DNA from: Anaerolineales bacterium
GTDB taxonomy: Bacteria > Chloroflexota > Anaerolineae > Anaerolineales > UBA6663
Assembly (NCBI GenBank): GCA_035291605.1
Contig: DATDRS010000326.1
Location: 14,406-78,405, forward strand
Direction: 5' to 3'
Length of the DNA: 64,000 nucleotides
Shown here: positions 9,213 to 19,071 of the stretch, piece by piece
Position numbering within the stretch: the first letter of the stretch is position 1
How the letters are laid out: every line of letters starts with the position of its first letter
The notes under the pieces: model-generated
The model's database searches: none
What the model was told of the DNA's origin: nothing
What the model saw: only the letters and a program-made list of their open reading frames with translations
Translations under genes and position numbers: made by a program

Positions 9213-9842
9213 ATGTTCCCATCTACTCCCACAACTCCGCCGCCCAAGAGATATTCCGATAAATACCTCATCGTCGGCCTGGGCAACCCGGGCCGGGAAT
9301 ACGGCCTGAACCGGCACAATGTCGGGTTCATCTTGCTCGACCGCCTCGCTGAGCGCTATGGCCTTCCGCCTTTCACTAAACGGCAGGGCCAAGCCCTGAC
9401 CTCCGACGGGACCATCGCCGATGCCCCGGTCGTCCTCGTCAAGCCCCAGACCTACATGAATCTCTCCGGCGAAGCTGTCGGCGCGCTCGTCCGTTTCTAC
9501 GAGATACACCGCGACCGGCTGCTCGTCTGCGTGGACGACATTGACCTGCCCGTGGGCGTCCTCCGGCTCCGCGCCCGGGGCACTTCGGGCGGCCAGCGCG
9601 GGCTGCAATCCGTCATTGACCACGTGGGCACGCAGGCTTTCCCGCGTGTGCGCATCGGCATCGGGCACCCGACCGGCCATCGCGCCGCCGAGACCCACGT
9701 CCTGCAGGACATGCAGGGCGACGAACTCGAAATCATCAGCGCCACGGTTGACAAAGCCGTGGACGCCATCGAGACCTTTATCCGGGGCGGGATTGTGCTG
9801 GCGATGAGCCGCTACAACGGCCCCTTCGACCGGGAAGGGTAA
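9213..9842 (+). CDS. pth: Peptidyl-tRNA hydrolase
   Basis: LIVGLGNPGREYGLNRHNVGF motif. ATG at 9213 chosen; the ORF is open from 9156. Confidence 0.9.
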   Translation: MFPSTPTTPPPKRYSDKYLIVGLGNPGREYGLNRHNVGFILLDRLAERYGLPPFTKRQGQALTSDGTIADAPVVLVKPQTYMNLSGEAVGALVRFYEIHRDRLLVCVDDIDLPVGVLRLRARGTSGGQRGLQSVIDHVGTQAFPRVRIGIGHPTGHRAAETHVLQDMQGDELEIISATVDKAVDAIETFIRGGIVLAMSRYNGPFDREG

Positions 9843-9849
9843 GGTCCCA

Positions 9850-9915
9850 CCCCAATTACTAATCTCCAATCTTCCGCTCCGTTTTTGGAGGTTGGTAATT
9901 GGGGGTTAGTAATTG
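9850..9915. repeat. Heptamer-periodic palindromic element (pth-mfd intergenic)
   Basis: Arms are CCCCAATTACTAATCTCCAA (9850-9869) and TTGGAGGTTGGTAATTGGGG (9885-9904). They give 18 Watson-Crick plus 2 G:U pairs of 20. A third half-copy GGTTAGTAATTG follows. Confidence 0.7.
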
Positions 9916-9919
9916 ATCT

Positions 9920-12900
9920 GTGAATCTCTCCGGTCTCCTCCCGGCCCTCCGGTCTCTGCCCGAATATGGCGCGGCGCTCAAGGCTCTTGCGGGAGGCGCG
10001 CGCCAAAGTTTCGCCCTGAGACTCCCGCGGGCGAGCCGCATTCCTGTCGTCGCCGCCCTCGCCGAAGACGTGCACCGCCCGGTGCTCGTTGTCTGCGCCC
10101 GCGCCGACCGGGCGCTCACGCTCATCGAGGAGCTTGCCGTCTGGACGCCGGGCAGCCGTATCCTGCACTTCACAGAACCGGATCCGATCTTTTACGAATA
10201 CGACGCCTGGCGTCCGCAGACCCTGCGCGCACGCCTCACCACTCTCGCCGCGCTCACCGGTCTCTCGTCTTCAACGCCTGGCTTCCCAACACCGGACCTC
10301 CCATACCCGCCACCTGACCCTCGTCATTCGGCGCACGACACACGCTCCCCAACCCTCGTCATCACCTCCGCGCGCGCTTGGATGACACGCACCATCCCCC
10401 GGCGTGACTTTCTAGCCAACAGCCGCACGCTCAAGGTCGGGCAGTCCGTGCGGCTGGAGAAACTCCTCGAAACGTGGGTGGGGGCCGGGTATACGGCTGA
10501 GACCGTCGTCGTCCAACCCGGGGAGTTCTCCCGCCGGGGTGGGATCATTGACATCTATCCGATGGCCGACGACCTCCCGGCCCGCATCGAACTCTTCGGC
10601 AACGACATCGAAACCATCCGGCGTTTTGACCCGGCCACACAACGCTCGAGCGAGAAAATCGAAACGCTCACGGTCACGCCCGCCCGCGAGGCTCTGCCGA
10701 GACATGCCAGGGATGGAGGGGGAACGCTTCGCATGGAGACGGAAGATTCAGAATCGTCCGCCTTCCTCGAATTTCAGCTCCCGCGCATGTTTCCCCCGGC
10801 CAGCCTGATGGAATATCTCCCGCCCCATGCGCTCGTGCTGGTTGACGACTGGCTGGAACTCGCGGACACGGTGAACGAATTTGAGGAGCAGGCCCTGCAA
10901 TTGCGCGCCGAGCAGATGGAGGCCGGCGTCATCCCCGAAGATTTTCCTCTACCCTACCACACGTGGGCAGAACTGCAGGATGAGCTTGCCGACCGCGCGC
11001 CGGTTTTCCTCTCCGCACCCGCGGAAGAGGACACCCCGGCCATTGACCTGGGCGCGCGTTTTCACCCCGGCCCGCGTTACGGTGGACAACTCAAGCCGCT
11101 GCTCAATCATCTGCGCGACCTGCAGGCCAGGCTTGAGCGCGCCGTGATCGTCACCCGCCAATCCCAACGCCTGGCTGAACTCTGGGGGGAAGATGCGTAC
11201 GGGCGCGCAGCGGACGAGCGTTCTATGGAACGCCCCTACGCGCCGATGGAATCTGTCACGGCTTTGCCTCAGCCAGGCGAATTGGCCTTTGTGCAGGGCG
11301 CGCTCTCCGAAGGCTGGCGCTTGGATCGCACGGACGCGGTCACCGCGTCTCTGCACCTCCTGACGGACGCCGAGATATTTGGCTGGGCGCGCCCCGAACC
11401 GCGCCGCCGCCAGGCCCGCGCCGCGGCCCTTGCGCCGGAATCTAGCTACGCCGACTTTGCTCCCGGCGACTTCGTCGTCCACGCCGATTTCGGCATTGGC
11501 CGCTTCCGCGACCTGGTGCGGCGCACGGTGGACGCGGTGGAGCGCGAATATCTCCTGCTCGAATACGCCGACGGCGACGAGCTGTATGTCCCCATTTACC
11601 AGACCGACCGCATCACCCGCTACATCGGCGCCAATGATCATCCGCCCGCGCTCTCCCGTCTCGGCTCCGCCGAATGGCAAACCGTCAAGGGCAAGACCCA
11701 GCAGGCGGTCGAGGAAATGGCCAGGGAGATGCTGGAACTCTACGCCCGGCGCGAGGTCGCCCAAGGCAAGTCCTTTGGCCCCGACACACCCTGGCAGGCC
11801 GAATTGGAAGCCTCGTTCCCGTATGTAGAGACCGAGGACCAACTGCGCGCCATCCGTGAAGTGAAGGTGGATATGGAGCAGCCACGCCCCATGGATCGGC
11901 TGATCTGCGGCGACGTGGGATACGGCAAGACCGAGGTCGCGCTCCGGGCGGCGTTCAAGGCGGTGATGGACGGATCGCAGGTCGCTCTCCTCGTCCCGAC
12001 CACTGTCCTCGCGCAACAGCACTTCCACACCTTCCAGACGCGCCTGGTGCCCTACCCGGCGCAGGTGGAGATGCTTTCCCGTTTCCGCTCGCGCGCAGAG
12101 GCGGAGAAGATCGTGGAGGGACTGACCCAGGGGGCCATTGATATCGTCATCGGCACTCATCGTCTGCTGCAAAGGGATGTGACGTTCAAGAACCTCGGCC
12201 TGCTGATTATTGACGAGGAACAACGCTTCGGCGTCACCCACAAAGAACGGCTTAAGCAGATGCGGACTGAAGTGGATGTGCTGACCCTGACGGCGACGCC
12301 CATCCCGCGCACCCTCTACATGGCTCTCACGGGCGTGCGCGACATCTCGACGATCAACACCCCGCCCGAGGAGCGCCTGCCTATCCTGACGCACTCCGGA
12401 CCATACCATGAGCGCACGGTGCGGCAGGCTATCCTGCGCGAACTCGACCGGGGGGGGCAGGTATTCTTCGTCCACAACCGTGTGCAAAGCATCGGCATCA
12501 TCCGCCGCAAACTCGAACATCTCGTCCCGGAGGCGCGTATCGGCATGGGGCACGGGCAAATGGACGAGCATGAGCTTTCCCAGGTGATGGATCAATTCAC
12601 CAACGGCGAGATTGATATCCTGCTGTGCACTTCGATCATCGAGTCCGGGTTGGATATTCCCAACGCCAACACACTCATCGTGGACCGCGCGGATACGTTT
12701 GGGCTGGCGCAGCTCTACCAACTACGCGGGCGGGTTGGGCGCGGCGCAGCGCAGGCTTATGCCTATTTCTTCACCGACCGGCGTCACCGCCCCACCCCGG
12801 AGGGCCGCGAACGGCTCGAAACGATCGTCGAACAAAAAGAGCTAGGCGCCGGTTATTCGATTGCGATGCGGGATCTCGAAATGCGCGGCGCGGGCGATTT

Positions 12901-13531
12901 GCTGGGGCCGAGGCAGTCGGGCCACATCTCGGCGGTGGGATTTCATCTCTACACGCGGCTGCTGGCGGAAGCCGTTAAAAGACTCAAATCCCGAGCCCCA
13001 AGCCCCAGGCCCCAAATGGCAAGCGCAGACACATCTTTGGGACTTGGGATTTGGGATTTGGGATTTACCACTTCAGTTGATCTGCCTCTCCCCGCTTCGA
13101 TCCCCTCCGAGTACGTGGCCGACCGCGCGCTCCGGTTGCAGCTTTACCGGCGGCTGGCGAATCTGAGCGAGGAGAGCGCCGTGGAGGCGGTCGGCGCGGA
13201 ACTCGCCGACCGTTTCGGCCCCCTGCCCCGCTCGCTGGAGAATTTGCTGTATCAACTGCGCGTCAAGGTCCGCGCCGGGCGCGCCGGGGTGACGGCGGTT
13301 GCCAGCGAAGGCGGCCAGATTGTATTGACCCTGCCTCCCATCAGCGAAACCGATCAGGCTTACCTGGGGGGCAGCCTGGGGCCGGGTGTGCGCGTCAGCA
13401 AAAACAAGCTCTGGCTCTCCCGCGCCGCCGAGAAGGATTGGCGCGAGCACTTGCTCCACGTGCTGACCCGCTTGGAGAAGGAGCGAGGGTTTCTTCAGCC
13501 CTCCAACTCACTGCAGCCCGGCTGCTCGTAA
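9920..13531 (+). CDS. mfd: Transcription-repair coupling factor Mfd
   Basis: 1203 aa. Walker [16 protein letters not shown] box [14 protein letters not shown] motif [10 protein letters not shown], UvrB-homology N-terminus. GTG start. Confidence 0.95.
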   Translation: MNLSGLLPALRSLPEYGAALKALAGGARQSFALRLPRASRIPVVAALAEDVHRPVLVVCARADRALTLIEELAVWTPGSRILHFTEPDPIFYEYDAWRPQTLRARLTTLAALTGLSSSTPGFPTPDLPYPPPDPRHSAHDTRSPTLVITSARAWMTRTIPRRDFLANSRTLKVGQSVRLEKLLETWVGAGYTAETVVVQPGEFSRRGGIIDIYPMADDLPARIELFGNDIETIRRFDPATQRSSEKIETLTVTPAREALPRHARDGGGTLRMETEDSESSAFLEFQLPRMFPPASLMEYLPPHALVLVDDWLELADTVNEFEEQALQLRAEQMEAGVIPEDFPLPYHTWAELQDELADRAPVFLSAPAEEDTPAIDLGARFHPGPRYGGQLKPLLNHLRDLQARLERAVIVTRQSQRLAELWGEDAYGRAADERSMERPYAPMESVTALPQPGELAFVQGALSEGWRLDRTDAVTASLHLLTDAEIFGWARPEPRRRQARAAALAPESSYADFAPGDFVVHADFGIGRFRDLVRRTVDAVEREYLLLEYADGDELYVPIYQTDRITRYIGANDHPPALSRLGSAEWQTVKGKTQQAVEEMAREMLELYARREVAQGKSFGPDTPWQAELEASFPYVETEDQLRAIREVKVDMEQPRPMDRLICGDVGYGKTEVALRAAFKAVMDGSQVALLVPTTVLAQQHFHTFQTRLVPYPAQVEMLSRFRSRAEAEKIVEGLTQGAIDIVIGTHRLLQRDVTFKNLGLLIIDEEQRFGVTHKERLKQMRTEVDVLTLTATPIPRTLYMALTGVRDISTINTPPEERLPILTHSGPYHERTVRQAILRELDRGGQVFFVHNRVQSIGIIRRKLEHLVPEARIGMGHGQMDEHELSQVMDQFTNGEIDILLCTSIIESGLDIPNANTLIVDRADTFGLAQLYQLRGRVGRGAAQAYAYFFTDRRHRPTPEGRERLETIVEQKELGAGYSIAMRDLEMRGAGDLLGPRQSGHISAVGFHLYTRLLAEAVKRLKSRAPSPRPQMASADTSLGLGIWDLGFTTSVDLPLPASIPSEYVADRALRLQLYRRLANLSEESAVEAVGAELADRFGPLPRSLENLLYQLRVKVRAGRAGVTAVASEGGQIVLTLPPISETDQAYLGGSLGPGVRVSKNKLWLSRAAEKDWREHLLHVLTRLEKERGFLQPSNSLQPGCS
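12986..13066. repeat. Heptamer-periodic imperfect palindrome inserted in-frame inside mfd
   Basis: 81 nt = 27 codons. Left arm is AAATCCCGAGCCCCAAGCCCCAGGCCCCAAA. Right arm is TTTGGGACTTGGGATTTGGGATTTGGGATTT and contains TTGGGAT x3 perfect. 24 of 31 positions are complementary, plus 4 G:U. Confidence 0.75.
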
Positions 13532-14344
13532 TTCGTCTATCCGCTCCGGCACGGTGAATCGGCTCACCGTCGTCCAGTCCACGAGCCACGGGCACATCTG
13601 GTTCACCCACACGCCGAAGCCCCACAACCAGGGAAGGACGAGATTCGCCCGTGGATGGCGCACCAAGCCCACGGCGGCGCGAGCCACGTCGTCCGCCGTC
13701 AACAGCATAAATGCGGGCGTGGTCGCCCTCGTCTTGCGCTTGATCCCGGCCTGCGCCCCGAACTTCGTCGCCACCCCGCCCGGATAGATCACCGAGACGT
13801 GGATGCCCCAGGGAGCGACCTCACGCCGCAGCGCCTCCGAGAACCCGCGCACGGCAAACTTGGTCGAAGCGTAAATCGTGTAAGTCGGCGTGCCGACCAG
13901 TCCGGCCATGGAAGCCATATTGATGATGTGTCCGCCTTTCTGCCCGATCATCACCGGCAGCACCTGCCGGGTGGTCTGCACCACGCCCAGCACGTTCACC
14001 GCGTACTGCGCCTCGATGTCTTGCACCGGGTCGAGATTTTCCAGCCAGTCGAGCCGGCCGAACCCGGCGTTATTGAACAGCACGTCAATCCGCCCGAACC
14101 GGGCGAGTGTTTGATTGACCAGATTTTGAATGTCCGCCAATTGGCTCAGATCGGCGGCGACGACGAGGGCTTCCGCCTCCGTTCCAAACGCCTCAATGTC
14201 CTTCGCCACCGTCTCAAGCCGATCCACCCGCCGGGCGGCCAGCGCGATCTTCGCCCCCTGTTGGCCGAACGCACGCGCCGTCGCCTCCCCAATACCTGAC
14301 GAGGCCCCGGTAACAATCACGACCCTGTCTTTGATCGGTGTCAT
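13508..14344 (-). CDS. SDR-family oxidoreductase (short-chain dehydrogenase/reductase)
   Basis: TGASSGIGEA cofactor motif, NNAG, YxxxK (YASTKFAVRG). ATG at 14344 is preceded by GGAGG. The upstream 46 codons of the ORF are R/G-rich and overlap the kinase 3' end. Confidence 0.9.
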   Translation of the reverse strand: MTPIKDRVVIVTGASSGIGEATARAFGQQGAKIALAARRVDRLETVAKDIEAFGTEAEALVVAADLSQLADIQNLVNQTLARFGRIDVLFNNAGFGRLDWLENLDPVQDIEAQYAVNVLGVVQTTRQVLPVMIGQKGGHIINMASMAGLVGTPTYTIYASTKFAVRGFSEALRREVAPWGIHVSVIYPGGVATKFGAQAGIKRKTRATTPAFMLLTADDVARAAVGLVRHPRANLVLPWLWGFGVWVNQMCPWLVDWTTVSRFTVPERIDELRAAGLQ

Positions 14345-14408
14345 ATACGGCCTCCGGCGCCCTGCGCCTAATCCACCGGCAAGGTTAGCGGCGCTTGACC
14401 AGGAGAGA

Positions 14409-17400
14409 TCATGCCTGCCTCTTCGGCGCAGCGGGAGGCGTCTGATCTGGCAGGGGCAGGATGAAGTAGAAGCAGGACCCACGGCCGACCTTGCTCTCCA
14501 CGCCCATCCGGCCGCCGTGGCTCTCCACGATCTGCTTGCAAATACTCAGGCCCAGGCCAATGCCTCCACGGCGGCGCATGGACACGCCGTCCACCTGGTA
14601 GAAGCGGTCAAAAACGTGACGCAGTTTGTCAGTGGCGATGCCAACGCCTGTGTCGCGCACTTCGACGCGCACCGCCGCCGCGTCCGGCAAGATGTTCAGT
14701 TGAACATCGCCGCCCGGATCGGTGAAGCGCATGGCATTGCTGAGCAGGTTGTCGAACACCTGTGACAGCCTAAGCGAGTCGCCGCGAATGATCACGGGCG
14801 TCTCCGGCAGCTTGGCGCTCAGGTGCAACCCGGCTTGTTGGGCCGCCGCAGCCACGCCATCGGCGGCGGCCCGCGCGATCGTCACCAGATCCAATGGGAT
14901 TAAGTTGAGAGTTTCGGGACTGACCACCTGCAAGGTCAAGATGTCGTTCACCAGCCGCACCAATGTGTTCGTCTTATCGGCTACGACGCGCAGGCCCTTT
15001 TCCTGTTCCGGCAGCAGGGGGCCTAACTGACCCGCGAGCAGCAGGTCCACGTAACTCTTCAGGAACGTGATGGGCGTGCGCAGTTCGTGAGAAATGTTCT
15101 GCATCATCTCGTCTTTCAGGCGATCCATCTGCGCCAGCTCGTCATAGGTGGTCTGCAGAGAATCCGCGCGCGCTTCTAATTCCTGGTAAAGCTCTGCGCT
15201 TCCAATGGCGACCGCTGCCTGAGCGGCGAAGCTGGAGATCAGATTCAGATCGTGCGGTTTGAACCCGCGCATGCCCTCGCGATGAATCGTCATCACGCCC
15301 GTCACACGCTGGTTAACCTTCAAGGGCACAGCGATCAAGTTCTCCGGACTGCGGGGGGTGCCGGGAACCTGCCTGCCGCGCGGATCAAGTTCCACCCGGT
15401 TGACCAGTTCGCCCTTACCACTGAGCGCTACATAACCGGTGATGCCTTCGCCTAACGGAATGGTGATGCTTGAGATTTGCTCCGCATATTTATCGTGAAC
15501 GACGATCGGCCGCAGGAGTTTGGCCTCGGCCTCCAGCTTGTAAATGGTGCACGAATCCGCCTCCACCAGACGCCGGGCAAAATGGGCGATGGAGTCCAGC
15601 CGCCGATCCAACTGCATCGAGGAACTCAGCGCCAGCGTGGTCGAAAGCAGGGCCGAAACTTCTTCCGCTCGCTGCCGCGCTTCGGCGTACAAGCGCGCAT
15701 TCTCTACCGCCACCGCGAGTTGGCCGCTGATCACTTCCAGCGTCGCCAGGTCTTCAGGCCCCAGGCCATTCACTCGATCGCTTTGCGCCTCCAGCACGCC
15801 GATGATCCGATCCTGGGCAACCAGCGGCAGCGCCAACTCCGCATGCGTATCAGGAAAGAACGGATAGGGCATAAAGAGCGGGTCGGCTTGGGCATTCGAC
15901 ACCAGGCGGGCCTGAGAATGCCTGGCGACCCAGGAAATCACCCCCGGCCCATCAATCAGCAGGCGGATTTCCGGAAGGGTGGTCTGGCGGCGCTCGTTAT
16001 AGTGCGCGCGGAAGACGATCTCTTTGTCTTCGATCAGCCCGGCATTAGCGTGATAGTACCCGAAAGCCGCTTCCAGACGCTGTCCGACTTTATCCAGCAG
16101 AACCTCGATGTCCAGGATACCGGCGATGTCCTGGCCCACCTCATTGATCAGCCGCATCTGCTCGGCCTGACGTTGCGCCGCCTGATACAGCTTGGCGTTA
16201 TCCACCGCCATTGCCAGTTGGCCGCTGATCGCCTCGAGCGTGGACAGATGCTCGGCCCCCAGCCCGCTCACCTGATCACTCTGCACATCCAAGACGCCGA
16301 TCAGGCGGTTGTGGGCGATGAGCGGTACGACAACCTCGGATCGTGTCTCCGGAAAGTTGACATTGGGTAAATGGTCGAGGTCGGCCTTCACATCCAGGGA
16401 ATGCCGGGGCTGGGCATTGCGCACCACCCAGGCAATCAGGCCCGGCCCGTCCACCGGCAAAATGATGGCCGGCATTTGGCGATTGCGCTGAGCATCGAAC
16501 CAGGTCGGGAAGACGATCTGGCCCTCCTCCAGCAGCCCTACTTTGGCATGGTAATAGCCGAAGGCCTTTTCCAGACGCTGGCTGACTTGCGTGAGGAGAT
16601 TGCTCACGTCGAGGATGCCGGCGATGTCCCGCCCCACCTCGTTGACTAACCGCATTTGCTCGGCCCGGCGCTGAGCTGCCTGATAGAGTTTGGCGTTTTC
16701 GAGAGCTGCCGCCGCGTGCCCGGCCAGGGCTTGGGCCAGTTGCACCTCCTCCTCGGTAAAAACCCGATCTCTCCGGCTCTCCCACAGACGGACGTACCCC
16801 AGGGGCCGGCCCTGGCGAATGAGCGGGACGACCAGCGTGGATCGGCCGCCATAGCGCCGAATATGGTCCCGCTCAAAATCCGTCGCTGCCTCATCCTGCG
16901 GGCCCACAGAAGTTGGCTGACCGGTCCGCAGAGCCTCTACGACTCTGCCGAGCGATCCGACGGGATAAGCGACATATAAATCCGAGACTCGTTCCGGCGG
17001 GGAGGCTTCGGGGCTGTAGTATTCGGCCACGACGGTCGCCTTCGCCTCGTCCACTTCGACGACGTAAGCGCTGGTCACATCCAAGGCGCGCCCCACCTGC
17101 TCGACAATCGCCGTCAACACCTCGTTCAGATCCAGGCTGGCGGAAGCAGCCGCCTGGGCTTTGACCAGCATGTCCAGTTCACGTGCGTGTTGTTCAGCCT
17201 GCCCGCGCAGGCGGGCATTATCAATCATGGGCGCCAGCATCCCCGCGACGACGGTGAGGAGCTGCTCGTCGGTCTCACGGTAAGCTCCAATTTTCAGGCT
17301 TTCCGTGTTAAGTACGCCGATAATCCGGTCTGCGACCTTGAGCGGGACCGTCAACTCCGAACGGACGGCGGGGAGAAGCGCAATATAGTCGGGGTCACTG

Positions 17401-19001
17401 GATACGTCGTCCACACGCACCGCGCGCCCCAGACGTATCGCGCGTCCCAGGAGGCCGGTGCCCACCGCGACCGGCGGCACGTCCTCGCCGCGAGACACCA
17501 ATCCCGCGTAAGCCTTCGCGCGCAACCACCGGCCGCTTTCGTCCACCAGCTCGACGCCGACGATGTCATACCCCAACCGGCGCTGCAAGACCTGAACTGC
17601 CTGCTCCGCGATTTCGTCAAAACTGGAGGCCGAGATGGCCGTCAAGGCGATCTCGGTCAATAACGAAAGCTCATTCAGGCGCTGACGGTCACGCTCATAC
17701 AGGCGCGCGTTTTCGATGATCGGCGCAAGCAGACCGGCGACGATGGTGAGCAGACGCTCATCTTCGTCGGCGAAGGCGTTCAAAGCGTCGGCTTCGGCAT
17801 TCAGAACGCCGATGACACGTTCCCCAATTTTGAGAGGTACGCACAGTTCGGAGACCGTCGTCGCCGCCACGCCTAAATAACCAGCAGCCTGTCTCACGTC
17901 GCCAAGCCGCGCCGGTTGGCCGGTCGCCGCCACCTGCCCGGTCACCCCTTTACCCACCGGGATTTCCACCAGGTGGTCAACCTCCGGAAACATTTTCAGG
18001 AAGGAGGGATGCAGGTGGAGGATTTTCGCGGCCGGGTCGAGCAGGTAAAGTCCCAGCAGGGTATAGCGGACGTGCTGCTGCAGCACTTCCATCGCCCTGG
18101 GGATCAACTCGGCCAGATCGGTCGTTGAAACAGCCGCGCGGGCGACTTCGTGCAGGATGGAGAATTCTGAGACCTGACGGCGAGTGGACTGGAACAAGCG
18201 AGCATTCTGAATGGCGGCGGCGGCCTGGCTGGCAAACTGCTCGGCCAGCGCCACATCCCGTTCGGTAAAAACGCGCCCGCCCATTTCGTCTTCCAGGTTG
18301 AGCACGCCAATCAGTTGGCCGTGCCAGCGCATCGGCACGCCGAGCACGTCGAACAGTGGAGGCTGGGAAAAACGCTCCGACCGTCCCTGCCATCGGTGAT
18401 AGTCGTGCACGACCAGTGACTGGCCGGTGTCGGCGACCCGCCCGGCCACGCCTTCGCCAAAATCCATTTCCGCGCCCAAAGGGTCCGGGCGCGCCCCCAC
18501 GGCGGCCAGGAGGCGGAGTTTGCGCCGGGGCCAGTCGGCTTCGTAAATCACCCCGGCCGTCACGCCCAGCAGCGTGCTGGCGCGTTCGGCGATGATCTGC
18601 AACAGGCGCGGCATTTCCAGTTCGGCCGTCAGGTCGCGTGTGGTTTCGCGCAAAGCCGCCAGTTCGTTCAGCCGCTCATAGATCTCGCCTAGCAGGCGAC
18701 CCAATTCATCCTGAGGCAAAGGTGTCGGGCGTATCGGGGTAACCCCGCGCGAGAACTGATCGAGGGCGGCGCGGATCCCGCTGAAGGTCCGCTGCAGCTC
18801 TCGGTTGAGGAGCAGGGCTGCGATCACGGCATTAATGAGCACGAGACCGATAGCCAGGCCGGTAAAGAAAAAAACCTCGCCGGGCTGCGCGCGGGCTCCC
18901 AGCACGCCGGGATTGACCCAGAACAAGACCATCACAGTCATGCCTATAGGCATGACAGCGCAGAGAATACATATCAGAAGGATTTTATACAAGAGTTTCA
19001 A
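14409..19001 (-). CDS. Multi-GAF sensor histidine kinase (2 TM, HAMP-like linker, seven GAF modules, HisKA, HATPase)
   Basis: Seven GAF-like units each end in an xENA(R/K)L(Y/F) helix. H-box is ISHELRTPITFL and G-box is GGIGLGLSICK. The start is uncertain. The ORF is open to 19142, but that part overlaps the lon 3' end and is R/P-rich. TTG at 19001 lies just before TM1. Confidence 0.8.
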   Translation of the reverse strand: MKLLYKILLICILCAVMPIGMTVMVLFWVNPGVLGARAQPGEVFFFTGLAIGLVLINAVIAALLLNRELQRTFSGIRAALDQFSRGVTPIRPTPLPQDELGRLLGEIYERLNELAALRETTRDLTAELEMPRLLQIIAERASTLLGVTAGVIYEADWPRRKLRLLAAVGARPDPLGAEMDFGEGVAGRVADTGQSLVVHDYHRWQGRSERFSQPPLFDVLGVPMRWHGQLIGVLNLEDEMGGRVFTERDVALAEQFASQAAAAIQNARLFQSTRRQVSEFSILHEVARAAVSTTDLAELIPRAMEVLQQHVRYTLLGLYLLDPAAKILHLHPSFLKMFPEVDHLVEIPVGKGVTGQVAATGQPARLGDVRQAAGYLGVAATTVSELCVPLKIGERVIGVLNAEADALNAFADEDERLLTIVAGLLAPIIENARLYERDRQRLNELSLLTEIALTAISASSFDEIAEQAVQVLQRRLGYDIVGVELVDESGRWLRAKAYAGLVSRGEDVPPVAVGTGLLGRAIRLGRAVRVDDVSSDPDYIALLPAVRSELTVPLKVADRIIGVLNTESLKIGAYRETDEQLLTVVAGMLAPMIDNARLRGQAEQHARELDMLVKAQAAASASLDLNEVLTAIVEQVGRALDVTSAYVVEVDEAKATVVAEYYSPEASPPERVSDLYVAYPVGSLGRVVEALRTGQPTSVGPQDEAATDFERDHIRRYGGRSTLVVPLIRQGRPLGYVRLWESRRDRVFTEEEVQLAQALAGHAAAALENAKLYQAAQRRAEQMRLVNEVGRDIAGILDVSNLLTQVSQRLEKAFGYYHAKVGLLEEGQIVFPTWFDAQRNRQMPAIILPVDGPGLIAWVVRNAQPRHSLDVKADLDHLPNVNFPETRSEVVVPLIAHNRLIGVLDVQSDQVSGLGAEHLSTLEAISGQLAMAVDNAKLYQAAQRQAEQMRLINEVGQDIAGILDIEVLLDKVGQRLEAAFGYYHANAGLIEDKEIVFRAHYNERRQTTLPEIRLLIDGPGVISWVARHSQARLVSNAQADPLFMPYPFFPDTHAELALPLVAQDRIIGVLEAQSDRVNGLGPEDLATLEVISGQLAVAVENARLYAEARQRAEEVSALLSTTLALSSSMQLDRRLDSIAHFARRLVEADSCTIYKLEAEAKLLRPIVVHDKYAEQISSITIPLGEGITGYVALSGKGELVNRVELDPRGRQVPGTPRSPENLIAVPLKVNQRVTGVMTIHREGMRGFKPHDLNLISSFAAQAAVAIGSAELYQELEARADSLQTTYDELAQMDRLKDEMMQNISHELRTPITFLKSYVDLLLAGQLGPLLPEQEKGLRVVADKTNTLVRLVNDILTLQVVSPETLNLIPLDLVTIARAAADGVAAAAQQAGLHLSAKLPETPVIIRGDSLRLSQVFDNLLSNAMRFTDPGGDVQLNILPDAAAVRVEVRDTGVGIATDKLRHVFDRFYQVDGVSMRRRGGIGLGLSICKQIVESHGGRMGVESKVGRGSCFYFILPLPDQTPPAAPKRQA
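15702..16697 (-). repeat. Tandem intragenic duplication: two 498-nt (166-codon) GAF modules
   Basis: The units 16697-16200 and 16199-15702 both open with NAKLYQAAQR(R/Q)AEQMRL(V/I)NEVG(R/Q)DIAGILD. They align colinearly over their whole length. Confidence 0.8.
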
Positions 19002-19071
19002 GGTTGTCGCGTTGGGGCGGGCTGCTTGGGGGATGGCCCGTGCAAGAGGCGAATCTTGCCCCGGGAGCGCC

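Noticed and set aside
10949-12721. 590-aa ORF antisense to mfd
   Set aside because: It lies entirely within a gene with unambiguous Mfd motifs. The product is R/G/A/H-rich with no recognisable domain. Long antisense ORFs are expected in high-GC DNA.
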